From Phoronis australis (taxonomy: Eukaryota; Animalia; Phoronida): DNA of 64,000 nt. The stretch's first letter is position 1, and every line of letters begins with the position of its first letter. Under the pieces are notes generated by a model that ran no database searches, was not told the DNA's origin, and saw nothing but the letters and a program-made list of their open reading frames with translations. Of the stretch, positions 1 to 21,933 are shown piece by piece. The DNA lies in assembly GCA_002633005.1 (NCBI GenBank), contig NMRA01000235.1, positions 448,964 to 512,963 on the forward strand, read 5' to 3'. Both the position numbers and the translations under genes were made by a program.

Positions 1-1941
1 TGTATAGTCATCACGTGATGATATTGGCAATGGAGGCCTACAACTTTATGAAAATTGTTATGCTGGATTTACACAAAGACTTGGCGTAACTTCAAATTTG
101 TTTTGACGGATTAGATTAGTTCAGAGTGACGTTTAGCAGTCTTTGCTGATATTGAGCATTGCAGACTTCGTCTAGACTAGTCCACACGGCTTTCGAATCC
201 CGAAATGAAGGGTGTACAAGAGCGAGTAATTTAGCAACCCACCACAAATTGATAGCTACATGTACATGTACTGCAAGTACAAACAAATACTTTAATAAAG
301 ACACCATTTACATGCAACAACAATCAAGTGGCAAACTGAGACAAAACACTCCAGTTTATTAAAATCATTTGAAAAATGTATGTCAATAAGATCATTTTTT
401 ACAAATTAAAAGTGCCTGGGTTGTATCTGAATTCGTTGGTGAATTAAACTTCAATGTTTTAATCAGGTAAGATTGCATATTACAACTTAACAAATCGTGG
501 GTTCACTACCTGCTTTGTTTGCATCAAGAACACATCATTCCGTTCGTAGCATTCCCGCGCAACAAGATATCAATAACAGCAAGACCATGCAATGTTTTCA
601 GCCGCAAGGTTTTATGAAAGTGTGCGGGTTAACTTCAACCAGGGCACTAGCATTTAGTGGGTGCCTAGTGTTCGCCAACAACGATTCTATATACGATAGT
701 TATTCAACTGCCCGTAATGTGCGACAAGCGACGATGATATTTTTGTGGTTAACAGATCCCAGAAGTAGCTTTGGGAGATCTGTCGAGTCGTCTGCATCCC
801 GACTGATGTCTGGGGCCACGGTTTTGGCGCTTGCTGTCAATACCTTATTTACATGCATGACCTCTGCTCGTCCATGATGGGACCATGTCTTGGATACCAG
901 TTAAAACAACGTACACGTATGTAGACAATGTGTTCATATTTGTAGAATGAAGCCAGTGAATTATATACTGTGGGAGTTAATTTTTGTTAATTGGTCTCTA
1001 CGCTTCTGGCATTGGTAAAACAGCAAGTAGACTTTGGCCTGTAGGAGGTTTAGTGGCTATTGCTACCTAGTAAATATATTCTGATGCGTTGCCCCTCATT
1101 GTTCAACGTGCGTATCAAATGTAAACACCGACACTAAAATTGCACACTTTCTGTAATTTGGATTCTTTTGTGATGAAACAAATTTTAATCTTGAATCATT
1201 TCAAACTGCTGTTCTTGAACATGTACACCGCCAATATACTACGAGCATTGCTGAGAGATGGATGTTTCATTTCAACAGAATCAGTCACTGCCAACCTATT
1301 GATTCACGTGTGATCTCTTCTTCTTGCAGGCATAAAGGCACAGACCGAGCATAAAGGATTTGACTTAATTCATATTCGTGGAATCAAACTGAATAAGTAA
1401 CTAGTCGTATAAAAACCACACCTTCCTCTTACAAAATCAACATTAAAGTATTTTGAAGCATTCAAACGTTTTGTCGAGTTTTTGTTGGTGTTAAGAAGAT
1501 TATTACAAGGTGAGCCTCTTACACTCAAAACGACGTCAGGAATCATTTCCCAAAATGACACAGACGTCTGTATGGGCCGTATCAATTCAAAAGTGAAATG
1601 CAAATTTTGCTACGACGTTTGTTAATGAGAATTTATTTCTGTCGTCGCGTTTTCCTACCTAACACCAAACGCAAAGTATATTTAAAAATATATAAGCTCC
1701 ATTGGGCGGTGCAGTATATGGGGCTCGAGGTATAGCCCCACTTATATCTATCCTGCGTCACCCATGGTGACAGGACAGCTCCACATATGGGGCTAGGGGC
1801 GATCTACTACATTGTATTTCAACTGACATCTGACGAAGGACATTTATGTAGACCATACGAAAATTTGTTGAACAAACTACCTAAGGCCATGAACAGCTTA
1901 GTTTTCAGTGACAGATGTATAAAAGAAGGTGTGCTTCTAAA

Positions 1942-1943
<2 letters not shown>

Positions 1944-2000
<57 letters not shown>

Positions 2001-2060
2001 CATGTAAACATATACATATACACACAACCATATATACATACATACATACATACATATATG
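1944..2060. repeat. (CA)n/(TA)n/(TACA)n microsatellite
   Basis: Directly visible. Confidence 0.97.
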
Positions 2061-3646
2061 TAAATCATACTACACATATACAGCTATGCAAACATAGCAC
2101 AAAAACATCTACAGTGTATAAACGTACTACGTAACAAAATTTTGTTTGAAAGCTTGACACGAGGTCTAAACAATATCCTTTCTTCAGGTGTGCAGCTATG
2201 TAAATAACAAACAAAGAAACTAAGTTATTAAATCTGTCATTCTCCGAGAGCACCACAACTTCGACTCTAGGTTCAAGGACTCAGGTCTTGAAAAACGTGC
2301 TGAGATATGCTAAACTTGTAAATTGTGAATTGGTTGGGTCATTATTTTTTAAATTAGGGCCTCATGGATATGTTGTCCCCGAATATCCCACTTATTTTCA
2401 AAAAGTTTGAGACAGTGAATATTTTTAAATGGCGTAAAAGAACGGGAAAGACAAAGTCTTAATGATGGTGATCAAGACATTGAACCTCTCTATCTCAAGA
2501 AGGTATTTGCATTTTGAAAGGAGTTTCTGTTAACCTTGACTAAACTGGGAAAACTCGGTAACTTTTACATAAATTTGAGGTGCTCTGGGGACTGTTTTGT
2601 GGGATACTGTTGATTTCCAATCTGTTTTTTTTCATCAGTTTGCGGTCTGACTGAGAAAATAACAAAAGTGGGATTTCCGCTTGTTTTCAAGCAACATTCG
2701 ATAGAAAGAACATACCATCGGGTACTTTACAGTGCCTGCCTTCGGGCAGTATGCAGCTGTATCACTTAAAACTCATAAAGGGTCTTCACAATTTTTTGCA
2801 AATGTGTTTTCATGGTCATCAAATCAGTCAATGTCATCTTTAAGTAATTCTGCTGCTGCTGTTGTCCACCTGGTGGCAGTTTCTAAAACTAGATTTCTTC
2901 GGTGAAATTTCCTGAAATTTTGACAAAACGTTTACTTTGAGGAAACGATGACACATGCATGCTTGAAAACGATGTTTCAATATTAAGCAAGCATTCTGTT
3001 ATGATTGATTTCTTTCTATTGTTGTTCCGAAGGATGAATTTGATGAATATCGAAACGTTGTTTACATGCTGCAATATAATTTGACCAAGTCAAATATTAT
3101 TTACAAGCATGTTTTCGAATGATGGTAACCTGTACCCGACATATTTCAAACCAGTGACCCCGCATTGCCAGTTAACTTATAGTGTGTTGTCATGTTTACA
3201 GTTTAACCGATTCCACCCAAAACTGAATTTGTCACCCGTTGTCACAACTCCTGAAACAGTATCTAATTACAAAAAATAAACCAAAAGCCCAATTCATGCA
3301 TACAATTAAGAAACACGTGTGTCGAACAATCATACCCTGAAGAAAAGTTGACTTCCAAACAAAATACGATTTTAAAACAATCTCGAATATGGCAATTGCA
3401 TGGGCACTTAACATACATGTAGGAATGAATATATTATTCATAATTACAGTTATGGCAAAAACACCACAAATTTCTACAAAACTGCTTTCAGGTTTACTTT
3501 AATCTGTAGCAATGGCAAAACATAGCAGGTAGTACATGTAAGACGAAGTTTATGTTGAGTGAAAATAGGTTGATTATTATAACAAAAAGGAGCAATTGGA
3601 TACGAACATGACACCCAATCGAGAACATATTTCACATCATACTTTG

Positions 3647-4540
3647 AGGGATTGTTTTGAAACCGCCTCGACCCCACCCCCTCGACACCCTCTACCCACG
3701 GCCCCTTCGACCCATGACCCCCTCTACCCGCAGAGTTCGGCTCCACACCATTCAAACGCACCATATACAAGGGAAAAATAAGTTCTGCGGATCAGAGCGC
3801 GACTGCACGTGAGCTCTCACGCGCTCTGTCTACACGGCACTTGCTGTGCGTAGCCAGATAGCGCACTAATGTGTTCTTCCATTGTAACAATGCCTCATGC
3901 GAAATTCAAATTTTTTACATCAAGACATGGGCTGTGCAGCACTGAAATATAGCCCCCAGTCTCCTATTGTGCGCCGCCGTTGCAAGATTTTTTTTCTCAA
4001 AAGGGGTGAACTACGTTAAACGCCTTTAACCACAGTCCGATAACAGACACTGAGCCACTACAATTAACAGACAAAATAAGCGACAATGTACCCTGACTCA
4101 CAATGAAATTGCCACCGTTCAACTGAGAATTACACTGGTTTTATCGCGCCAACAAATGTTTGGAGCTATTTTTAAAAAGTATTCAAATTTTGTACGTGAA
4201 TGGGCTTTTCTTTTTCTTTTATTTTCGCAAAATCTGCGAGGTCTATTATCGTCAACCACTCTGTTCAACTACGTCACGGTAGTTAAGTCTTCGAGGAAAG
4301 GCACTTACCATCGTAACAAGATTAAGAAATATGTAAAAAAACCCGTAAAAATACCTCGTTTGCCACAGGTCGTGGGCCAAGGGGGTCTTGGGTCTAGGCG
4401 CTTTCAGAACAATCCTATTTTGCGAACTTTTGTCGGTTTTCAGGTGGAGGGGGGTTTTGGGTAGTGGGGTCGAGAGGTTGTGCGTCGAAAAGGTCAAGGG
4501 ATGTGGGTTTGAGGCGGCCGAAGGGTTTTAAAGCCATCCT
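3647..4540. mobile_element. Degenerate MITE-like element with GC-rich inverted repeats
   Basis: ggattgttttgaaaccgcctcgaccc (3649) is inverted at 4390-4415 and more weakly at 4500-4540; both strands translate as GSRRFQNNP. Confidence 0.5.
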
Positions 4541-7500
4541 TGGGCACATTTCTTCGTTTGCAATGCTGTGAATTCACTATCTCTAGAAGGATTTATCTTA
4601 TGTTTTATCTACATACAGTAGAACTCTCGACCAGCTATTGCAGGTGTGCCACCTGTCATCCGGTCAAACGCTCTCAGCATTTTTACATGTGTTTCTCGCT
4701 CCCAGTTACGAAGTTATTCGTATGAAGGCTGTCCCTTTTAACGAATTCCGCTTTGCACTTTGGGGGCAAGATAAATTGCGCTACAGAAGACATCATTACA
4801 GCGTCCTGTCGTTCAGTAACTTTTCCTGACGTGAGGGGTGCTGAACGTGCGATAATATCTGGCTTACATTTCTATCAGTCCACCCCAATCAGGCTAGATA
4901 CCATCTGATCGGAGATTAGAGCAATTATCAAACAAAAGAGCGCAGGCCTTCCAACCATCAACGCCAGAATGGAGTTAATTGGCTATGGGGGGGGTAAACT
5001 TTCCAATCTGTTGTTGGGCTATACAATCGAACAAGTTGGGAGCAACGCCATGTCGCCGTCATGTTTTGTGCGATAACTTAACAGTATAACATGGAAAACG
5101 CTTGGCTTTTCATCTGGAGACCCCGACGTTCCTTAACCAATCTGTTTCACTATCTCATATCGTCAAATGCTGCAAAACATTCTCAAGAACTTTAATGGCT
5201 CCTTTTAACTGTCCGTTCAGGAGTTATTACGTCATTACTGAGTACTTGGGCGGCGACACCGGTGCGTTTCTCAGACTTGAACGAGTTTGTTTTTTACGTG
5301 AGCTACTTTAATGGGCTTGGATTCCGAGCAATTATAAGAACCGCATTAATACTCGACTCAGTTTTTGAGTTTTGCGTCTGCAGGCTGTTGTGGAATTTGA
5401 GTTTGACATGTATGACTTTTGCACTTTCAATCTACGGACAACCAACCAAGTTTCCGGATTGGTTCATCACAGTGTAGCCACACAGTATCGCACGTCCATC
5501 CACGCTTGTGTGACAGAAGTATTGGATTTGTGATTTAAAAGAATTTTTTGGACTGTGAATGGTACAAAAATCAGACAAAATATTAAAGGTACGGATATTA
5601 AGTATCAGTCCACGGATCCACCGACCACTGTACAGCCAACAAGCGGCAAGGTGGGAGGTCAGCCATTCAGATCCATGTTTAGTCTGATAAGTCACATTAG
5701 GGATGAGAGAAAATGGGTGAAGTATGACACTACAAAGTTTGGTGGTTTAGGAGATACAAGGGAAGTGTTCTGGGGGGCAAAATGAGGCAATTTCTTGGGG
5801 TGGAATGAGTTATTTTTGACCAAATTTTGTACTCCAGTTTCTGCTTCAAACATAACCGTTTCTGAACAATTTTGATATCACATGATAGGTTCATGACCAA
5901 TGTCAGTAAAAACGGCACCGACACTGCAATATCGGTTACCATGGTAACACTGGAACTGTTTCCGTGGACTCGCATTTCCGTCTTGTGAAAAACCAGCAGT
6001 AAGCTGTACCCTTATAGCGAAGCTGCCCCCGCGGGAAAACTAAAAATAATAACATGGGCATGTAGAAGACTCCATGCCCTTGGAATTGATACAATATTTT
6101 TTTGTCAGTCTTTCAGGCAGGCTTGGTAATAGGTGTCTAAATTTCACTATTTTCAAACTGCGTATGTGTATTTGTCATGTTAAACCAGTCACTAGTTGTG
6201 CGCCGTCTCTACGCATTAATATGCCGTGGTATAATACAACAATTAAAACAATTGGTTTGCTAAAATGTTTTCAAATAATTTTAAGGACACTAGCATGTCC
6301 AAATAAAATATGAAATTATACTAAATTTGTTTATCCACTTCGTCTGAATACCAAACTAAAGTTTACAATTCGTTAGTTGAATGATGGCTGACCTAAAGTG
6401 CGGGTTTGCGAATTTATCTATTTATCTGGCACTGCCAGTCGCATCGAATGTGGTATTTTCACAAATTGCGGATAGGAACAACTTTGGAAACTCTTGGGAA
6501 ATGCACATGGTATAGAGCAAGACATTTGAGCACCTTATAAGGGTACGTGGAGCTGATGTGGAGAGGAAACGTGTCCTTCTGAGAAGTAGTCTGTCTCAGT
6601 GTTTGCCTCGGAGGCAGGTGTGCAGGAGCTACATAATCTACCTGTACCGTATTAGATTCACTTAACCGAATCATCGTTACAACACTCGAGATAAATTGGC
6701 GTCGCTAAAGACACTGAGAACATCCACTGCACACTAGAGGAGAAATCTGAAAAATTACCAAAGACGTTAAGTCAAGGTTCAACGTCCAGCTTCGTGTGAG
6801 CTCAGGTAGCAATCCCTAAACTCCAGGGTCCGACCCTGAGGAATATTTTTAGAAGCGCGTCATTCATGCAAAAATACTTTTATTGACACACCGTGATTGC
6901 TTATAACTTGGGCCTTATTGCTTAATCATATCTTTTCAAATGTGTTGATGTTTATGCAACTACATGTATACATTGGCATAGAAAATAGGTAGTCATCATA
7001 ACTTTTCATAACAACCACCACTTCTGCCCATGAACTGCTTTTAGAGACTAGGGAGTATGTTATGTCTACCAATGATTTTCTGCGATTATGAACTTAATTA
7101 AACATGCTAAAGCCGTCACTTCAGCTTGGTATTCATATTTTCTGAGCCGAAATGGCCACATTGAATTTAATATATTTAATTTTTCATTAATACAATTTTA
7201 GCAACCAGGAAAGGCTTATGCTGAAGAAGTGGGTTCTGGTGAAGTTGGAGACTTGGCGATAATTAGTAAAGGTTGGGTATGGAAAAGTTCACAACCAGCA
7301 AGAAGTTATTCTTCTGGAAAACTAAGTAAAGGGGCTAGAGAGAGGCCGAAAAGTCTACTCCCAGAAGATATGTCAAAGAGCTTGAGGAACGAGTTGGAAA
7401 AAAAGTATTTGCCAAAGATTACTGGCTTATACCACAACAGGTCCAAAGTAATTTGTTGAGATAGGCCACTTTTAGCAAATGTGGGACAGAGGAAGTGGAG

Positions 7501-10500
7501 TATGCATTGAAAGAGGCAATCTGCGATTGTCAAGGATGTAGCATTGTAAAAATGCAAAAGGAGGAAACAGTACAGTGGCTGGACCTGTAAATACTCTGGC
7601 TGATCTGCTAAATCCATTGGGGGCATTATTGTATCAGCACAGCTGTGTAGGGAAGTAGGCTTGTTTTTTTGTCGCAAGCTTTGTTTGCACCAGAACTGCT
7701 TGTGTGAGCAGCACAAATCTAAAATTTACCTAGTCTAAGACTGAATTTTTGTCCAGGCACGGATCATGATCCTGGGCCACATGGTAATGGTACATTGTTC
7801 ATTTTGTTTAGCCACTGGATTTTTTGGTCTGTCATGATTTCTCAGTGTCGCCATCACATTTAGATGATTTCTGACCACTGTACTATTCCGTTTCCTTGAA
7901 GATGCGTAATTGATCTGAATTTATGTTTCTGCATTTTATTTACCATTATAGATTTTTGTTTGTAATAGGGTATATATTACTGAAATTTGAGACCCTGTTG
8001 CACTTAGGCTGGTTTTGTTAACTTATCTTTCTGCCTGGGTTGTAAACCCATATTCTGTCCTGGAGGTACTAAGTTTTGATTTAGACCATTTGCCTCTATA
8101 AACTTTTGCTCAGTTTGTTCCTTATCCAGATGGGAAGTGATTTCTGGAATTGTAGCGAATTGACAGTTTGCTATTCCTTAAGACCATGCTATGTGTATAA
8201 AATCACACACTATTAGTCTGGTCTCTAGCAATTGCATATTGCCAGATCTTTCAAAGTTCTGAAATTGCTCAAAGTGACCTGTAAGTAATACCTATTTCGT
8301 GGTGGTAAAATGTCTTAATCAAAAGTTGTTTTATGTGGGTTTAGGCGAGTTTATGTCCACTTCAGATGATTTTTTGTTGCAGTACTGAAAAGTATGGGCA
8401 CATTAGCTCTGGTGGCTCCTTGTTTTTTTGGCGAATTGACCATTTTACGGTTCCCATGGGTAATTTTGTTACTGGTCTAGTATGTATGTACAACTGTAAT
8501 CGTAGGGCAATTGTAATGCAAACCATGTTGCAAAAGTATTCTTTCATGACCATTTTATTGTGAAATGCTGCCTAATTGGAACCGACAAGCCAATTTTTCA
8601 TTTTGTGGTGGTTAGTTTTAATAAGTACATTGATGTGGTAAACACAGCTGCATCAAGTTTGTGAAGAAGAAATTTCCAGTGTTGTCAGCGATATTGCAAA
8701 ATCACTTTTTCGCAGTGAGACTACATCACCTTAAATGTAATTCCCTGACTTTATGAGCTTTGTGTGGTTGACTCTGTCCTGTAGCAATTAGAGTGTTGAA
8801 AAGATCTGGAAGGCAATTTTTATTAGAGTCATTACATTTGCACTTTTGGCTGTACAGTTATTTTTGCATTTTATTACGAAAATATATTTTGTAGTACACA
8901 AGTCTACATGTATAGTTGGTATTTTATATTTTTTCACAAGGAATATTTTCAACTTAGATGAGTTGTCTGTGATGTAGGCAATTTTCAAATAAGATAATGA
9001 ATCAAATTGTCAAACATTGTTTTATTTTTTAGATGTGTGATCTTCCAATAAGTGATTACTTTAAAAAAATTGCGCAGAATTTGATTTTCACTCTTCATTT
9101 GAAGGGGAATAAATCCATAAACCTGACTTGTCTAGAAATTTTACTCAAACTACATATTACATGGTTGGGGATTGGAATCTTAATACAACAGAGTGTGAAC
9201 CCGTACCATGAGCAATACAACACAATACACGGATTAAAAAATTTGGTGTTTATGTTCCACGGAAAGGATTCGTGTGCGCGGTAATAGGTACCAAGGTGCC
9301 TGGTCATTGTGGATACTGTGGGATTCCTCTTCAGAGGTCATCCATTGTAAACCTGGTCGCATAGAGAACAATAGATTAGCATCTTCATTGTTCCCGTTGT
9401 TATAATAAAGATATAATGACGAGCACTTATTGGCAACGGTCTGATGTACGCAAGGTTCTGTATCCATGCGACCTGTGTTGTTACATCCAACAATGACGCA
9501 ACAAAGGAAAACAGTGATAGGACCGATGGACGAAAAACATGCGACGAGTTGCCACGTACAGTGGTGGAGTTTGTCTTGTCATTCGAATGTTTTTAGAGAA
9601 CTGCAAACCCGGTATTTCGTCAGGAAAATTTCTGCGGTCTTTTGTTTAAAGTCGTAGGAAAAATTGCAGTCATGCAACCAAACTTGTCATTCATTTGATA
9701 TTACAATGCATTGCATGATAATTTGATCAACAGAAAATCAGACTTGAATATGTGTGAAGAAATACCCATGAGGAAATTGCAAAGTAAAACAACTGTAAAT
9801 CAAAATAACCTACATTTGTCGAGTTCATGTCTAACCATGTTCACTGTGGAGGACATAATCGGCTTTTTACAAAATGGAGCCATGTATGGTATTTAGGAGT
9901 ACTGTAGCCCTAAGTGGTAAGTATTAAAACGTTCAAAACATTCAGGAGGAACTAACTTGTTGCAAAATATCGAAAAACATGAAGGACAATCAGATTTTAC
10001 GGTGCTCACGCATCGATCTCAGATATAAGAAAATTTCTCATTTTAGTACATTTGAGGTACCGAATTGTATAACTAATAAACTGGCGTAAAATGTGTTCGA
10101 GCCTATAACTTGAGAAAAACGTAATATTTTGAGAAAATATTTTACCGCTGTTTATAGATCTCATAGGACTACCTATATGCCAAATTTGATGAAAATCGGC
10201 TGACCCCCACCTTGGCGCTCCTGGCTGGTGCTCTCGTGGACTAGTACTTAAATGTTAGGATCGTCAAGTAATCAGTAGGAAGACTATTTGACGGAGTTGT
10301 GGATGGCAACTAGCTACTCTCTGTGATCATTCTGTCACCACTTACTTCTTTGCTGCCCTATAAAATGAAATCTATTAAATTTTTATACATGTTCTTAATG
10401 TTTAGTTTCGAGAAATTGCGTTCTCCAAAATACTTAATCTGCCGGTTTTCGCTGGACATCATCGAACTAGATAAGATTTCGTATGTCAAATCTTTTATAT

Positions 10501-12105
10501 CAGTACTTCACGTGCATCTATTTATTTTAAACAGTAAATGATTTTCGCATTCAAAGAATTTATGATTTTCGAAGGAGTTCGTAAAAACGATTTCTTCCAA
10601 TCAACATATATTTCTAACTTGCATTTATGAATCGGATGTGTACTATGGTAATTGTACGTATGCTGAGCTAAGGTTTTCAGTTTGCGTTTACTTTCGATTT
10701 CACGTACAGATAAAGATGTTGTAAAATCCATTTTAGTTCCTGTAACGTGAATCGGCACGTGCAATTGAGTATGCGTCATCATTCATTTTCACGCCGCTTT
10801 GCAAAACCTCTCCAATGTTTTACGTAACTCGGTAAATTTACTACAGATTTTCAGTTTTTGCATTTTATTTTTGCTTACCATATTACATGTGTACAACGTG
10901 GTGTTTGCGGTTATCCTTCCATAATGAGAAAATCTAAACAGTATACGTCAATGAATATTATCACAAGACATAACAAGTCATTAACGAATCAAGAAAATTG
11001 CGAAAACAACTGAAAACTTGCATGACAGTAGAAACATTGATTAGGGTGATGGTACACCGGTTGTTGAGCAAGATAATTAACAAGAACATTCCTGTAGATG
11101 GAATGATGTCGGTGCCAATTTAACTGGAAACAAAGTTCGGTCACATAATTAGCTGTACAGTTTCTTTCAGGAACATTAAATCATTGGAATATTTTGATAT
11201 CACGTGGCTCATGCCACAAGCTGGACAGTAAGTTCACACTCGCCCTACAAATCCAATTTTACATCTTAAATTACGGCATCGCATGAATATTTGGTATGTT
11301 GAAGGGGTCGATTGTAGTTGAAGTTCATCTTCTTGTTCAACGCATGTTGAAACTTCGAGACCGCGGATATTTAGATCCACTTGGTATCAACTGTAGTGGA
11401 GAGCTGATCTGTTTGTAAATCGTGACAGCTGTAACACTCGTCATACGTGTACACCTATATTTCAAACTGTATCTCCGAAGCTGTTATCGTCTACAGTGAT
11501 ACCTACATGTATATGCAATCTTGCCCGCTGATTTGTCATTTTCCTTTAAAGGGTGAGTCAGAAAGTAGTAAATGCTTTGTTCAGTCAGAATAACCCACTA
11601 AGAAAAAATTGTGTAAACGACTCGTTTGTCCACAATTCCAGTCCTCCATGAGGTAACTTCCATGGAGAAATAGTGGATACTGTAGTTCAAATCTGAAAAT
11701 TTGTCTGTATATACATGTACACGTCGAAATTGTAATTGCACGAATTCATGTATACGCATGATCAATATGGAAAATTATTTGGACGGAAACCTTGTCCTTG
11801 GAAAGAACTTGTACACTTGCAGATTTGATTTTATACTTCCGGCATTGTTTGAATCATAGCGCCATTTGCATTTTTGTGAACTGATAAACTTGCAGGAACA
11901 TTCATTTGGTTGATCGGCTGGCACGATTTCAATAAGTCAAACACCGAGCTTATAATTAATTCACAGATCTCAATTTTTAGTCTATGTGTATTTCACGACG
12001 CTGGAAAAAGCACCCTGATAGCCATTTAGATCTGTTGAAAGTCTTAGTATTGGCAGTCAGACGAATTAAATGTCGTGATTAAAGAATTGTGCAGAGAAGC
12101 AAAAT

Positions 12106-12267
12106 CAGTGCTGTAGTGAGGCGTAGGCGCACGTAGGCGCAGCCAACCACCTTTTGGCATTTGAAAGTAGCACCTACCTGTACGCACCGTAAGTTAAGTT
12201 CAGTGCTCAAGGTGATACGGTGGGCATTAGGCGCCTACTTACCTCTAATTTTACCACCACAGCACTG
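12106..12267. mobile_element. hAT-type MITE (162 bp)
   Basis: TIR CAGTGCTGT(A/G)GTG and a perfect 8-bp TSD AGCAAAAT on both sides. Confidence 0.9.
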
Positions 12268-15011
12268 AGCAAAATGCAGCCTGTAAAACCGTTTGCGGTC
12301 CGCTACATGTAAACAGCTCAAAGGAATTTTATTGTTAATATGCGGAAACACAGTTCACGTTTCCCTAAATTTGTCAGTGAAATTCTATTTTGTTATTACT
12401 AACTCAATAAACAGGCATTTTCCTTGAATTCTTTTGGTTTCTGCACATTTCACAAATCCGTGAAATACTCTGTGATGACCCTTCATCTATGTTGTAGAGC
12501 TGATTAAGAGCTGATCCCAGTAAACCACGTTATCCAATACACTGTACACAGTATGGTGCATTTAAACGTGAATCGTACAAGCTACACAGACGCAACCCGT
12601 ACGCCAACACTGCTGCGAGCAAGTGGCCGAGAACGTGGCGCCCCCTCTTCGTCATCAATAGTAAACGACACTGATATGGTTATGATGTTTATTTCCACGT
12701 CCTTATGATAACAAAATACATGGGCATGGCTACTATCGTGTATTCTTTTCTGTGTGTTGTCTTTCTGAAAAAGCACAAGAGGCCATTATGGTTTCTCTGT
12801 TGTATTGGCTATTTTTGCTCAAAACGTGCCTTACCGATTATGACATAAATGTACCAGTACCAGAGTGACATTGTCTGATCAACAATCACCTACAGTTTAT
12901 GGTTCAGTAACAAAAGATTCAGTAGTCTTAGTTACCTGATCTTGACAAAGTAGAAATTTGACAAAATTTTGACACATACGACCGCCAGTAAACTTTGCAC
13001 TTTTTCGGGGGCGGATCCATTTCGCCGCTTTCTAAATGCCCGGAATGTCCACTAGTGTAACCCTTACACCGTGTTAGGAGTTTCTACTTGAGTCCAAAAC
13101 AATTAATGATAAACTCTTACGCACAATAACGTCCCATTAAAGATTAACAAAAAATCACTGAAAAGGTCTTTGTCGTGATAAAGTCTCAAATTATCTTCCA
13201 ATTAAGTCAGACAAGATTAGCACCCATGCTTAACAGAATGTGGCCAAGTCTTTTTAATTCTCCCGTGTCCTATTTATTACGAAAAGTACATGTAAAGTAT
13301 TCTTTTTCAGACAATTCGTTCTTTAGAGTAATTTTCATAACAAAAAGTACCGCCTTGTAAATGACTTCCCTAGACACCCCCAAACCATGACAACGATCAC
13401 TAAAGAACTTATTGGGACTTTTATAGGACTTCGGTCACAATGCAAAGTTGTTTCTGGTGAACTGTTAAGTGTTGTGTGATCTAGATGCGCCTAGGCCTTA
13501 AATGGTTTAACTGAGACTCGGCTTGCGCAAAACGCAGGTGGTCACTATTTCATTAAATGTGCGTAAATCAACAAGACTGTCGAAATTAACCACCATCCAA
13601 ACTTTCTAAAAAAATCAGAATTCAATCTCGGTTCTGTGCAGTTTCTGTTTACTTAAATGTCAACGTATATTTGGCAACACACTGGAAAGTTTATAAGACA
13701 TGAAAGGCTGAGATAAGTGTAAGTAGGACATTAGCTTCACCAAGGAGACCTGCGGTCCATAAAGAAGTCGGTAGTATACAGGTACACACCTGCGCGTTTC
13801 TTCATATAATCCGTTGTTGGTTTGGTGAGGGATTTATTTCATTCATCTGAGACCGAAAGTCACGACAGTCACCAAACCGAAGGTAGATACGATGAACCCA
13901 GTGGCACAGGGAGTCAGGCGAATGGCGTGCGACTCGATGGATTTCTCAAACGTTTGACTGCCATCTAGTGACAAAAGATATGTCATGAAATATAGTACAG
14001 CAGGTTTCAGAATAAATAACGTATAACATAGACATCTTTAGAAGTATACATACCTCAAATAATCATATTGACGCATTAGTTTGACAGTTTGATCAATTGC
14101 TATCGCAATAAAATAGCGTTTTTTTCATTTTATCATAAGTAAATGTAAGGCTATTGTTCCTAATTAGACTGAGTTGTTCAGTAAATTATCGCGATTTCGA
14201 AAACGTTCGTGGAGCAGTCCCCGTCGAGTTTTTGTCGATAAACGAATTTTGGTCGAAAAAATTCGCTGCATGTGCAGCATTGAGCCTCGTGATGAGCACA
14301 CATTTTGATGTTAACGCATATCGTCTTCGGCTTTGCCTTTGTTTACAGGGTTGATTTTCCACTATTTGTTAACCTGTTTGAAGAAAGTTCGTGAAAAAGT
14401 ACGACAACATGGTGTCTGAAACATGTTGGTGTTTGAACTTGATTTTCAGAAAGACAGTTTACATTAATATAAAATACGGCTAACGTTTACACCAAAACAA
14501 AGGTATGTACCATTGAGCGACATTCTTAAGACAATGGTGAGAGTTATTGTTCATTGACTCCTGATGACATGTTAAAAATGTTCAAACTCACTTACTGAAG
14601 GACGAGTAAAAACGTTTCAGAAAACTAGAATCGGAAATCAAATATAATGTGGATGCTAAACTTAAACAGCATGAAAGTGAATAAAGCAACAGTTGTAGGT
14701 GAAAAGGACTATTTCATCTCCATGTACATCGTCAAAATCAATGACAAGTAGTAGTTGGCATTCGCAAAAGTTCAAGGAATCTATCAAGATGTGAACCGTG
14801 ACCTTGATGTCAACGGACTTACTGTACCTCCCGTGAACAGCCAATTATTTCTTGGAGTGGAGGGTTGAAAGAGCTTTAGTTGTTGTTAATACTTACACAT
14901 ATGTGTTGACTGTTAATGAAGTTTGTTGGTGAACCACATTTCTTTTTGTTTCATCCCGCATATGTGTGAACTGTTAATAAAGTTTGCTCGTGGACCACAT
15001 TTCATTGTATT

Positions 15012-21683
<6,672 letters not shown>

Positions 21684-21925
21684 TAAACACAGCTTTCACT
21701 CTCAACTTTAAATTTTAGGTATTTCGTTTGACCTTGTAATTTACAAGCATTCTGGAAATCTGACACAATGACGTGTCTTTGATTAATCGTTTTGAATATC
21801 TATGGCGGGCCGTTGTGGTAAAGTGATGTTCAATAATTTTGCTCGTGTAATAAAGAGGTTTATTGTGACTCCGTAAATTACGTACGCCATTTATTTTCTT
21901 CTTCAACATGTTGTCGCAAACTGGT

Positions 21926-21933
21926 GGGCGGGG
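21926..21933. promoter_or_regulatory. GC box upstream of the kringle gene's first exon
   Basis: GGGCGGGG about 240 nt upstream of the predicted ATG; positional evidence only. Confidence 0.25.

Noticed and set aside
1787-2134. His/Thr-rich and Cys/Val-rich ORFs (also the Cys/Ile-rich ORF at 18984-19226)
   Set aside because: Translations of microsatellites.
7200-7740. Cys-rich plus-strand decayed exon (PHD-like, possible transposase C-terminus)
   Set aside because: Too degenerate to assign; no TIR/TSD pair found.
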